A stretch of 20,000 nt of DNA from Chiloscyllium plagiosum (lineage: Eukaryota), in the NCBI RefSeq assembly GCF_004010195.1, contig NC_057719.1, positions 72,646,090-72,666,089 of the forward strand, written 5' to 3'. A program made the position numbers and the translations under genes. Shown here in pieces: positions 1 through 8,821 of the stretch. The notes under the pieces are model-generated. The model did not search any database. It saw only the letters and a list, made by a program, of their open reading frames with translations, and was not told the DNA's origin. Numbering within the stretch: the stretch's first letter is position 1; every line of letters starts with the position of its first letter.

Positions 1-146
1 ATCTTCGTATTTCCAGTCCAACAGTACTGGTGGATATGGGCAATTAAGGGTTTTCCAAGTATAAAGCTAATCACAGCCTTCTCAATACTGCAGGTCCAGA
101 TAAGTAGAAAAGCTAATAAGATAAGAACACATAGCAACAATTCATT

Positions 147-524
147 GTTGTTGTGGTTCTGTTCGCCGAGCTGGAAATTTTTTGTTGCAAATGTTTCATC
201 CCCTGTCTAGGGCAAGCCAAACAAAGAACAGCCAGGGAATTCCGAGAAGCATGGCACTCATCCACAAACTCCATCAACAAACACATCGACCTGGACCCAA
301 TATACCGGCCACTACAGCGGACAGCTGAAACTGACAACTGGAAGCGGCAGGGACAGGCCACTATAAATGCCGGAGGAAACACCACAGAAGCGCTTCACAG
401 GAGCTCCCAAGCACCGAGGATGTCACCTAGACAGGGGACGAAACGTTTGCAACAAAAATTTCCAGCTCGGCGAACAGAACCACAACAACGAGCACCCGAG
501 CTACAAATCTTCACCCAAACTTTG
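147..524 (+). mobile_element. Penelope-like element (Poseidon-type) 3' fragment: end of the GIY-YIG ORF plus pLTR, preceded by a partial inverted pLTR copy
   Basis: Peptide GQAKQRTAREFREAWHSSTNSINKHIDLDPIYRPL resembles the PLE endonuclease C-terminus (EAWH..IN). 147-211 is the reverse complement of 426-489. A 13-bp direct repeat aacaattcattgt flanks it at 136-148 and 525-537. Hammerhead motif at 411-450. Confidence 0.85.
411..450 (+). ncRNA. Minimal hammerhead ribozyme in the PLE pLTR, core mutated (CCGAGGA instead of CUGANGA)
   Basis: gca-CCGAGGA-tgtcacc tagacag gggac-GAAAC-GTT-tgc. Stem I is gca/tgc and stem III is the palindromic minimal AACGTT. Confidence 0.7.
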
Positions 525-691
525 AACAATTCATTGTATCAGCAGTCATTTGAATATTTGAATGAGTTAGAATAATCAAAGTAAAACTGAATATTTAAAT
601 ATTCTAAGTATTTTAAATATTTAAAATATTCTAGATCATCACTTGGTTTAAAAATTAGTTTTAAAATTATATTACACTTCAATTTTTAAAA

Positions 692-1205
692 ATTTATTCA
701 CAACAGCATTTATTGCCTAACTTTAATTGCCCAGAAGGCAGTTAAGGAGAAAGTGAGGTCTGCAGATGCTGGAGATCAGAGCTGAAAATGTGTTGCTGGA
801 AAAGCGCAGCAGGTCAGGCAGCATCCAGAGAACAGGATATTCGACGTTTCGGGCATAAGCCCTTCTTCGATTCTCCTGTTCCCTGGATGCTGCCTGACCT
901 GCTGCGCTTTTCCAGCAACACATTTTCAGAAGGCAGTTAAGTCAACTCACAAGACTGTGGACCTGGAGTCACATGTCGGCCAAACCAGAGAAGGATGGCA
1001 GTTTCCTTCCCTGAATCGAATGAGTGAACCAGGTGGGTTTTGTAGACATTGACAATGTTTTCATGGTCATCATTAAACTCTTAATTCCAGATTTCAACAG
1101 AATTCAAATTCCACCATTTGCCATGGTGGGATTTGAACCTGGGCCCCCAGAACATTCACTGGGTTTCTGGATTAATAGTCTAGCAATAATACCACTAGGC
1201 CATCT
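692..1205 (-). mobile_element. tRNA-derived SINE (family not named with certainty), interrupted by a PLE pLTR insertion
   Basis: The minus strand begins gatggcctagtggt (A box), followed by ggttcaaatccc (B box) near 1128-1139, then a body typical of elasmobranch SINEs. It is split by the 747-926 insertion. Confidence 0.75.
747..926. mobile_element. Non-autonomous PLE pLTR-derived inverted-repeat element with a disrupted hammerhead
   Basis: Arms 782-843 and 868-929 are near-perfect reverse complements. The loop on the minus strand reads gaagaagggcttatgcccGAAACGTC, with the CU of CUGAAGA lost. A 15-bp direct repeat cagaaggcagttaag flanks it at 732-746 and 927-941. Confidence 0.85.
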
Positions 1206-1789
1206 CCCCTCCCCAACTTGATCATTCACCGCCACCACATGTTTTAGATAGACAATTCATTGTGAAGGAAGATCAATTTTTTTTTGAAAAGAATAAAACC
1301 ACAAGTCTAGGCTTATCTTCTATTTTATAACATTGCTATATAATTCTGCCCTAAGATAATTTAGTTTGTTAATATTCCAATCTACATTTTAACAAAGCAG
1401 CTTCAATAACTTATATATTAGAACTATGCTGATTATTTTTATATCATCAGATTTAGTGCTGGAGGCAAATTTTAAGTAGGGAAAAAGCATTACAGGGTTT
1501 TAATGCCATGCTAGAAATGCACAGGGAAGACATGCAAAATGACATTCATAGGTCAAGGCTTGACATTACCACATGCTGCTTTATATTAACTTGCAGCACA
1601 AACTGACAAGTATTCACTATTTCTTTTCTACCAATACAATTATACACCAATCCAATCAGGTGAAATTATTTTGAGAAATGCTTTTTAGGAGATGGGCTTG
1701 GCCGCAAAATGCTCACTTTTAGTTATTCTTCAGATGAGGTTTATGTGGCAAAGGTGATCTCAAACCAGTATTGAAAATCATACAAGATT

Positions 1790-2460
1790 AGTTCAACTAC
1801 AGTGATACCTGGCCAGCAACAGAGCTACGTGATTTGGAAACTTGGGAGTTGATGCTACTTCCAAGCCCTTTCAATCGAGGTTGCAGGCTTGGAAGGTGAC
1901 AATGAAGCCTTGGCAAGTAGTTACAGTACAACCTGAAGATACTGCACACTGCAGCCATGTGGGCCAATGAATGGAGCAGGTGAATGTCTGGACTAGTAAA
2001 CGAATTGCCAGTCCAGCAGATTGTTTTGCCCACCTTGGTGGTGTCAATCTTCTTGAGTACTGTTTTAGCTGCAAGTATTTGGGTCAATGGAGATAATTCC
2101 AACACATTCCTTAATAGTGCCAAACAGGTGCTGGAGACATTTTAGATTTTTGGTTTCTGATCAGTGGGGACTACCCCATATTTTCAAACCAGGATTTTTG
2201 ATGGTGAAGGCCTGTGTACTAATTATTGAAGTAATGAGTGCTTAGACTCCCTTGTTTTACAGATTCACCAATTGGTATTCTTGTGATACAAATTTTCCTT
2301 GCAAAACAAACCTGCATGTTGTCCATATTTTCCTGCATGTGAGCAGAGTGCTTCATGGGGAACTGAAAATGGAGCTAAATGTGATATCAGTGAAAAAGCT
2401 GACTTTTGATCTAGAGGGAAGATCATTAATCAAACTGAAGATATTTGGGACTATGATAGA
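1790..2460 (-). mobile_element. Old, degenerate LINE (L2/Crack-like clade) ORF2 relic covering the RT and C-terminal regions
   Basis: Minus-strand peptides PNIFSLINDLPS (RT domain 4/5 INDLP), MQENMDNMQ (compare LQ.DLD.I) and LRNVLELSPL...TVLKKIDT...AAVCSIFRLYC (ORF 1797-2123) resemble the L2/CR1-group ORF2 C-terminus. There are many stops and frameshifts. Confidence 0.7.
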
Positions 2461-2779
2461 AGGTTTAGAAATATTATAAATGTTGAGCCCTCAGTCAACA
2501 ATCTCACCTTATAGATTTAAAAAAAAAATTACTTGAAGAAATACAAAGAATTGTAAAGCTGGAACTGTGCATTTCAAGCTGACACAACCAAAATCCTTGA
2601 TCACATCAAATATACAAGGTATTACATTAAAATAACTCTGAAGATCAATGTTTTCCTGTACTGTAAAGTTGTCAGCGGAAGCATTAGAATTCAGACAAAT
2701 AGCAATAAATTCTGTACCATGAGTGAAAAATGGAATTGTTTTAAATATGATTCATCAACAGCTTTAATTATTTTCTTAC

Positions 2780-2915
2780 CCCATTCTGTTCCATCCCCAG
2801 AGCTCCTAGCTTCCCCAGCTCCTTCGCCATCTTCAGCTGTCACTAAAAAATCAAATTCTTTCAAAGCTTCTTCAGTATCATCAGGCAAGTCAGTAGCTAA
2901 TCCCTCATTACCGAT
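2780..2915 (-). CDS. STRN3: STRN3 coding exon (equivalent to exon 7), 136 nt
   Basis: ttttag|ATC GGT AAT...GAA TGG G|gtaag = IGNEGLATDLPDDTEEALKEFDFLVTAEDGEGAGEARSSGDGTEW, a characteristic STRN3 sequence. It is partly seen in ORF 2691-2888. Confidence 0.97.
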
Positions 2916-3321
2916 CTAAAATCAAAAGATATTGATTTTTTAGAAACACCACAGCAGCCAATTCAGAAAACCTAATTTTTAAAAAATACTGCAAGCTGAT
3001 ACAGTTTAAGTATTTAAACTGGCATCATTGACACGCATTGTGCGTTTCATTGTGAATCTGAAAGGTTTCTAACATCTTTTAAGATTTCAATCAAGAAAAC
3101 AAACCTTGCATAAATTCAATTAAGCATGCTGTAGATAAATAGATTTGAGAACTAAAACTCAGGTAAGGATGATGATTTGGACAGTGCTCAAAAAGATGGA
3201 GTAACAACAGGGATATTATTGATCAGATTACTGCTCATTTTTTGTCTATTTTGATTGGTCTCTGACTGGACTATTGCTGTGAGAAATGATTATTAAATCA
3301 CAACATCAGAACTCCTTCTTG

Positions 3322-3520
3322 TAAAAACTCAACAGGTCTGTCAGCCTCTGTGGAGAGAGATCAGAGTTAACATTTTGGGTCCAGTGATTCTTCAGAACAC
3401 TTCAGAAGGGTCACTGGACCTGAAACATTAACTCTGCTTTCGCTCATGCTGCCAGACCTGCTGAGATTTTGCAGCAATTTCTGTCTTTGTTTCTGATTTC
3501 AAGCATCCACAGTTCTGTTT
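3322..3520. mobile_element. Older PLE pLTR-derived inverted-repeat element with degenerate hammerheads
   Basis: cagagttaacattttgggtccagtga (3362-3387) is inverted against tcactggacctgaaacattaactctg (3411-3436). The gctgccagacctgctgag...tttcaagcatccacagt tail is related to the other pLTR copies. Confidence 0.7.
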
Positions 3521-3747
3521 TTTGCATAATATCTTTTTGACTTGAATTTGCTATTAATGCTTTCTATTGTGCAGATCCTCCGGCAATGTTGAAATTTAAT
3601 TATTTATACTTCTGTCTTAATGATAAATAAAATATCGCTACAACAGAAAGTTTTACTATTGCTTGCTGTCTCCCATAAAGTTTCTATATTTTTAAGAGGT
3701 CGCACAAAGTCTCTCGAAAACATTGGTAAATAGATTTAAAGATTTAC

Positions 3748-3913
3748 TTTGTGTTTCTTGTTTATTCTAAGCTTTTCTTTGCTGTCCGTGATGTCCTCCA
3801 CCATTTCACCTTCCTCTTCATCATCATCACTATCATCATCTGTATTTTCTAGGAAGTTAAATGTTTCAAGAACAGCTTCAGCTAGGCCTCCCCTTGGCTT
3901 ATCGCCTGCATTC
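3748..3913 (-). CDS. STRN3: STRN3 coding exon (equivalent to exon 6), 166 nt; acidic linker
   Basis: Polypyrimidine tract + catag|G AAT GCA...AAA CAC AAA|gtaaat = NAGDKPRGGLAEAVLETFNFLENTDDDSDDDEEEGEMVEDITDSKEKLRINKKHK. Phases 2 and 0 fit. The acceptor is slightly less certain because an in-phase internal AG would start the exon at 3892. Confidence 0.9.
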
Positions 3914-4354
3914 CTATGTTCAGAAGAGAGCAGGAGAAAAACTTATTAGTAATATCCAGTAACAGCATCTATATATTTTTAAATCTCTTTGCACCAAACT
4001 GAAAGTTTGCATTACAGTCCTGGAACTGACTGATGTGAAAGCTGCTGACTAAAATGCTGATAGATATCTAGTTTTTTCTGAAGTAGTTTAACCCTCTTAT
4101 CAACTTTTTAATCTCCTCTTCCAAATCTTACACATTCAAAAGGCAGGAGCCAGGCATCTCCACAATTATATATTACTTGTAGATCTCTGGATTTAATAGC
4201 AGAAATTTCCTTAAGAAAAATTAAATTTGAACACAAGTCAAAACAACAATCTCAATCTGACAAAGTCTTTTGATTGAGAACACGCCAAGTACCTTGAATC
4301 CATTTTGCAGTTAAGTTGAAACCTACATTCCAATGATATTAGCTGTTGATCTAC

Positions 4355-4710
4355 AAGGAACTGTGCGCCTTTGTAAAGAGCCCGAAGCACCGTAAAATGT
4401 CTCAAAGGGCTTCAAAAGGGAATTATCAAACAGTCACAGAGAGGAAATGTTAGAAGAGGTGACCTAAGTTTGGTTGAGGTGGTTATTTTTGAAGAAAACA
4501 AGGTAGAGATCCATGAAGGATATTCAAAGAGAGAATTCCAGAGCTCTGAGCTGAAATAAGCCCAAGAGAATTGATTAAAATAGGTAATGCACAAAATACC
4601 AGAATTAGAGGAAAGCAGAGATATCAAAAGCTTGCAGGACTGGAGGAGTCTACAAAGATAGGGAGGGGAGAGGCCATGGAGGAATCCAGGACAGGAACTT
4701 TGAACTTGCA
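4355..4710 (-). mobile_element. Degenerate L2-type LINE 3' end
   Basis: Resembles the antisense L2 3' region as recalled (gagagaattccagagc, i.e. LWNSL on the minus strand; atgtctcaaagggcttca tail). Confidence 0.5.
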
Positions 4711-4796
4711 GCACTACCCTCAAGTCCTCACTACTTTAAAACCCTCAAATCTCTATCCCAAAATCTACACACACAACATTCTCCCTTCTTTTCTAC

Positions 4797-5355
4797 TCAG
4801 CCTCACTGTTGGAATATTGCGTGCAATTCTGGTCTCCTTCCTATCGGAAATATGTTGTGAAACTTGAAAGGGTTCAGAAAAGATTTACAAGGATGTTGCC
4901 AGGGTTGGAGGATTTGAGCTATAGGGAGAGGCTGAACAGGCTGGGGCTGTTTTTCCTGGAGCGTCGGAGGCCGAGGAGTGATCTTATAGAGGTTTACAAA
5001 ATTATGAGGGGCATGGATAGGACAAATAGACAAAGGCTTTTTCCTCGAGTGGGGGAGTCCAGAACTAGAGGGCATAGGTTCAGGGTGAGAGGGGAAAGAT
5101 ATAAAAGAGATCTAAGGGGCAACTTTTTCATGCAGAGGGTGGTATGTGTATGGAATAAGCTGCCAGAGGAAGTGGTGGAGGTTGGTACAATTGCAACATT
5201 TAAAAGGCATCTGGATGGGTATATAAATAGGAAGGGTTTGGAGGGATATGGGCCGGGTGCTGGCAGGTGGGACTAGATTGGGTTGGGATATCTGGTCGGC
5301 ATAGACTGGTTGGACTGAAGGGTCTGTTTCCATGCTGTACATTTCTATGACTCTA
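4797..5355 (+). mobile_element. Young CR1 (HER1-like) LINE, 5'-truncated 3' end
   Basis: Uninterrupted ORF 4809-5276 (LEYCVQFWSP...LERVQKRFTRMLPGLEDLSYRERL...RTRGH...WNKLPEEVVE) is the classic CR1 ORF2 C-terminus. The 3' UTR ends ccatgctgtacatttctatgactcta. Confidence 0.95.
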
Positions 5356-5479
5356 GTGATTCCTCATTGTTGGTGAATGCAGTATTTCTTGGAATTCAAT
5401 TACCTTCTGGCCCATTGAAATTCACCTGCCAATACTCACAATCAAATCATTCTTTCAATCTTGCCACATTGTTTGAATA

Positions 5480-6280
5480 CAGAAGAGCAGTTTACCATTA
5501 AGCTCCTCAAGTCTGTTCTACCATTCAATTAGACCATCATTGATCTGGAGCCTACTTATCATTTTTTGCACATATCCTTTAACATTTTGGTTACCAAAAC
5601 TCTACAAATTTCAGATTTTAAAATAATTATCTAGAATTATCTAAAATAATTAATCACTAATTTAACTATTATTTGTTTTTGTTTCTGATTTCAAGCATCT
5701 ACAGTTTTTTTTTGGCATAATATCTTTTTGACTTGAATTTGCTACGAATACTTTCTATTGTGCAGATCCTCAGGCAATGTTGAAACTTAATTATTTATAC
5801 TGCCGTCTAAAATATTTAATGATAAATAAAATATCGCTACAACAAAGTTTTACTGTTGCTTGTTGTCTCCCATAATCTGTCTATACTTTTAAGAGGTTGC
5901 ACAAAGTCCCTCAAAAACATTGGTCAATAGTTTTAAAGATTTACTTTATGTTTCTTGTTTATTCTATGCTTTTCTTTGCTGCCTTATTTGAGAAGAGAAT
6001 TAGAAAATATTTACTATTCTTTGGTAGAAGCACTTCCTAACTTGACTCCTGAATGATCTGACCAACATTACAATTATGCCCCCAAGTTCAATCCTCCCTA
6101 ACTACTGGAAATAGTTTCTAGCTACACCTATTGAAAACACAAATCCGATCACCCATTAATTTTGTAAATTCCAACAAATACAGCCCTATTTAGTTTAATC
6201 TCTTTGGAATTTAATACTTAGGGGTCAGGTGTTTTTTTGTAACTTTACTGTGCACTCCATCCAAAGCCAATACATGCATA
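5480..6280 (-). mobile_element. Old antisense CR1 3' fragment, split by the 5671-5981 duplication
   Basis: ccattaagctcctcaagtctgttctaccattcaattagac... then agaagcacttcctaacttgactcctgaat...attatgccccc...ggaaatagtttc...tgcactccatccaaagccaatac, matching the antisense CR1 3' UTR and ORF2 end as recalled. Confidence 0.6.
5671..5981 (+). repeat. Diverged direct duplicate of ~3478-3784 (pLTR tail + intron + last ~37 nt of STRN3 exon 6 with its donor)
   Basis: Co-linear alignment by eye. The blocks gcataatatctttttgacttgaatttgcta, ctttctattgtgcagatcctc, aatgataaataaaatatcgctacaaca and tttaaagatttacttt.tgtttcttgtttattcta.gcttttctttgctg occur in both places, roughly 85-90% identical. Confidence 0.95.
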
Positions 6281-6596
6281 CTCTTTATTCCCACAGTTTA
6301 TCAAACAGACAAACTCGTTTCCAATGAATTATTTTCATCCCTCATCGTCCCTCTCCCTATGCCTTTCCAAACTAATTCCATTCAGTGTAAGCCCCTGAAA
6401 AAGAAATTCCTCAAATCACTTATAAAGATTAAATAGAGATGAGTCCAGCAAATGGACAAACGTTTGGAGTATAATGCAGAAAAATGTGCTAGTGTTATTC
6501 TTCCTTCCAAAATGAACAAGAGTAGATCACTTAAATTGAGAACGACTATGGAATTCCAAAGTGCAGAGGATAAGAGCACGGCTCAGAAAGTTAGTA

Positions 6597-6799
6597 CACA
6601 TCGTTCTGCCATAACCATGTGTTTCATCAGCACGAATTGGCTATAACATAATTGGCGAATTGTGGACTTTATTTGGCTAACATAAGCTTTCTACTAATCA
6701 GGTAAAGTGCAATTTTCTAAACCTGTATTCCATAGTACAATTTTCTACAGCGTGACGTTGCAGGAGAACACAATTGTCACGTTAAAACAGAATGACCCG
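6597..6799. mobile_element. Short Tigger/pogo-like MITE inserted at a TA in the CR1
   Basis: The CR1 sequence cagaaagttagta|tgcagg is split by ~200 bp whose ends (catcgttctgccataac / gttaaaacagaatgac) are imperfect inverted repeats. TA is present at 6595-6596; the right-hand TA appears mutated. Confidence 0.5.
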
Positions 6800-6871
6800 A
6801 ATGCAGGTTCAGCAAGGTTAATGAATTGATAGCCTCTATTAGAAGAGAAAATGAACATAAAAAGGCAACTG

Positions 6872-6978
6872 GCCTTAAAACATTAACTCTTTCTCTCCAA
6901 AGATGTTCAGATCCGCTCAGTTCCTCTAACAATTTCTGTTTTTGTTTCAGATTTTCAGTGTCCATAGTTCTTTCTTTT
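6872..6978 (+). mobile_element. Degenerate PLE pLTR fragment (same family as 3322-3520)
   Basis: aaacattaactctttctctcc...caatttctgtttttgtttcagattttcagtgtccatagtt parallels 3423-3515. Confidence 0.6.
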
Positions 6979-7178
6979 ATTATAAAAGGAAGGAGGTTAA
7001 GCTTAGTTAAACAGGGCATTGACAAGGCGACATCTCAAATACTTTGCACAGTTTTGGTCTCCTTATTTAAGGAAGGACATTGTGGGTGATTCAAACAAGA
7101 TTGAGTAAAGCGATACCTGGAAGGAGTGGGTTGTCTGACGAGGAAAGGTTGGAAAAGCTGGGCTCATTTCCACTGGAG

Positions 7179-7362
7179 CTGAAAAATATGTTGCTGGAAA
7201 AGCGCAGCAGAAGAATCGACGTTTCGGACATAAGCCCTTCTTCAGGAAAGTTGAAACGTCGATTCTCCTGCTGCGCTTTTCCAGCTGCCTGACCTGCTGC
7301 GCTTTTCCAGCAACACATTTTTCAGCTCTGATCTCCAGCATCTGCAGTCTTCACTTTCTCCT
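7179..7362. mobile_element. PLE pLTR-derived inverted-repeat element (same family as 747-926) nested in the CR1
   Basis: A perfect 15-bp TSD tcatttccactggag lies at 7164-7178 and 7363-7377. gctgaaaaatatgttgctggaaaagcgcagcag is inverted against ctgctgcgcttttccagcaacacattttt cagc. An internal hammerhead is present. Confidence 0.9.
7215..7248 (-). ncRNA. Minimal hammerhead ribozyme with intact core
   Basis: Minus strand: uuc-CUGAAGA-a-GGGC uuau GUCC-GAAAC-GUC-gau. Stem II has one G-U pair, and stem I is only about 2 bp in this copy. Confidence 0.7.
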
Positions 7363-7877
7363 TCATTTCCACTGGAGTTTACAAGAATGATGCTAACTTG
7401 ATTGAGGCACACAGGATTCTGAATGGTCTTGACAAGGTGGAGAATGAAAGAACGTTTCCTCTTGTCTGGAGTATAGAACTAGTGACACTTAGAATTAGGG
7501 GCCATCCTTCGGACAGAGATAAGAATTGTTTTTCTTTCAAAAGTTTGTGGAACTCTGCCTCAGAAGGTGATGAAGATGAGTCATTTAATATTTTCAAGGC
7601 AGATGTTGACAGATTCTTGTTGAGCAAAGGAATCCAAGATTATCAGGATAAAAGCAAATTTGAATTCAAAACACAATCAGATAATTAACTGATTGATGGA
7701 GCAGAATCAAGTGCTGAGCAGCCCACTTCTGCTCCTATTTTGTATATTAATAATTTGCACTTTGTAAATTCACCCTCCTCGCTTTGATAAGTGTTTTTAG
7801 CTCAAATATCATCGCATCTGTTTGGAGCTTGTGAAGTGGCACGAGGTGTTACTCCTTTCTGCCAGAACTGCACAATA

Positions 7878-7980
7878 CTCCAATGGTTAGTACTGCTGCC
7901 TCACAGGTCCCAGGTTCGATTCTAGCCTTGGACGACTGTCTCTGGGAAGTTTGCACATTCTCTCTGCGTCTGCGTGGGTT
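7878..7980 (+). mobile_element. HE1-like V-SINE 5' fragment
   Basis: caatggttagtactgctgcctcacag...caggttcgattc (A/B boxes)...gactgtct.tgggaagtttgcacattctctctgcgtctgcgtgggtt (start of the V-domain). Confidence 0.85.
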
Positions 7981-8497
7981 AAAGTTGCCATATAAATGCA
8001 AACTAGTTTTGTCTCGTTCCGTTGATCTTCGGTCTTTACTACAGAGATACATGGCAGGCTACCAAGTGCTAGAAATAGTTTATGTATAACCCACCTTTCC
8101 CCATTATACAGCAGAGGAAGATGATGGAACAATTACTCGACATTCCTCAGATTAGAAATTAACAGCACTGAAATATTTTACATTTTTAATTAACTTACAA
8201 AATATGGGTATAACTACTGCCCAACCCTAAGCTGTACCTCCTCCAATAGTCTTCACACAATGTCATGATGCTGACATTCTAAAACTTGGTACCACTAGAA
8301 AGCGGGGTATATTTGGAAATTTGCTTTAATGATAAACTGATTATTTGGTAAATTAATTCCACAAATATAGCACCATTTTCAATTTAATTCTTAATAAGTA
8401 AATTCTTAATAATTCTCACTTTCCAGAGATTTAGTTACACATATTAATGTGCAGTCAAGGGGAAATATATACAGTACATTGACTCAAAAATCACCAA

Positions 8498-8586
8498 TGT
8501 CCTCGGATGCTGCCTGAATTGCTGTGCTCTTCCAGCACCACTGATCCAGATCTGGTTTCCAGCATCTGCAGTCATTGTTTTTACCT
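8498..8586 (+). mobile_element. 89-bp PLE pLTR terminal fragment flanked by a 38-bp exact duplication
   Basis: cctcggatgctgcctgaattgctgtgctcttccagcacc...tccagcatctgcagtcattgtttttacc is related to 7285-7360. gggaaatatatacagtacattgactcaaaaatcaccaa occurs at 8460-8497 and 8587-8624. Confidence 0.85.
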
Positions 8587-8821
8587 GGGAAATATATACA
8601 GTACATTGACTCAAAAATCACCAACCGTACATAGGCTAAATTGCAAAATGCGAGATCAAATTCAAATACTCCAAATTTGATGCAAATATATTCTCCCTCT
8701 GCCAAGGGAAGCATTTTGCTTCCATCCCAAAATCCATCGAGGGAAACATCCATCATCAGGGTTACTCATTCAAGTGGCACACAAATTCGAGGGATAAGAA
8801 AATCATAATTTAGTGCCTCAC

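Larger units (their letters stand above)
6420..7745 (+). mobile_element. Old CR1 LINE 3' portion, interrupted by a MITE and two pLTR pieces
   Basis: Relics include EYNAEKC, cagttttggtctccttattta (QFWSPYL), GLSDEERLEKLG, LIEAHRILNGLDKV and SLWNS, with 3' UTR gatggagcagaatcaagtgctgagcagcccacttctgctcctat. Confidence 0.75.

Noticed and set aside
590..628. Perfect AT-only palindromes (14 and 20 bp)
   Set aside because: Low-complexity A/T sequence where palindromes are expected by chance or slippage.
723..923. Recurrent MCCWKSAAGQAA ORFs (also 7091-7318 and 8484-8756) resembling a small gene family
   Set aside because: Translations of the non-coding pLTR repeat.
1125..1205. tRNA-like A/B boxes (also 7878-7922)
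   Set aside because: SINE heads followed by SINE bodies, with no complete cloverleaf.
1..2779. Search for STRN3 exon 8 here, and for exon 2 in 12202-20000
   Set aside because: No matching peptide with splice sites was seen; they presumably lie outside the window, so absence is not evidence of loss.
2719..2919. + strand Ser-rich ORFs over exons (also 3749-3949)
   Set aside because: Antisense shadows of the STRN3 exons.
8460..8624. CRISPR-like repeat-spacer-repeat appearance (38-bp repeats)
   Set aside because: Only two copies, eukaryotic context, and the spacer is a recognisable retroelement end; it is a target duplication.
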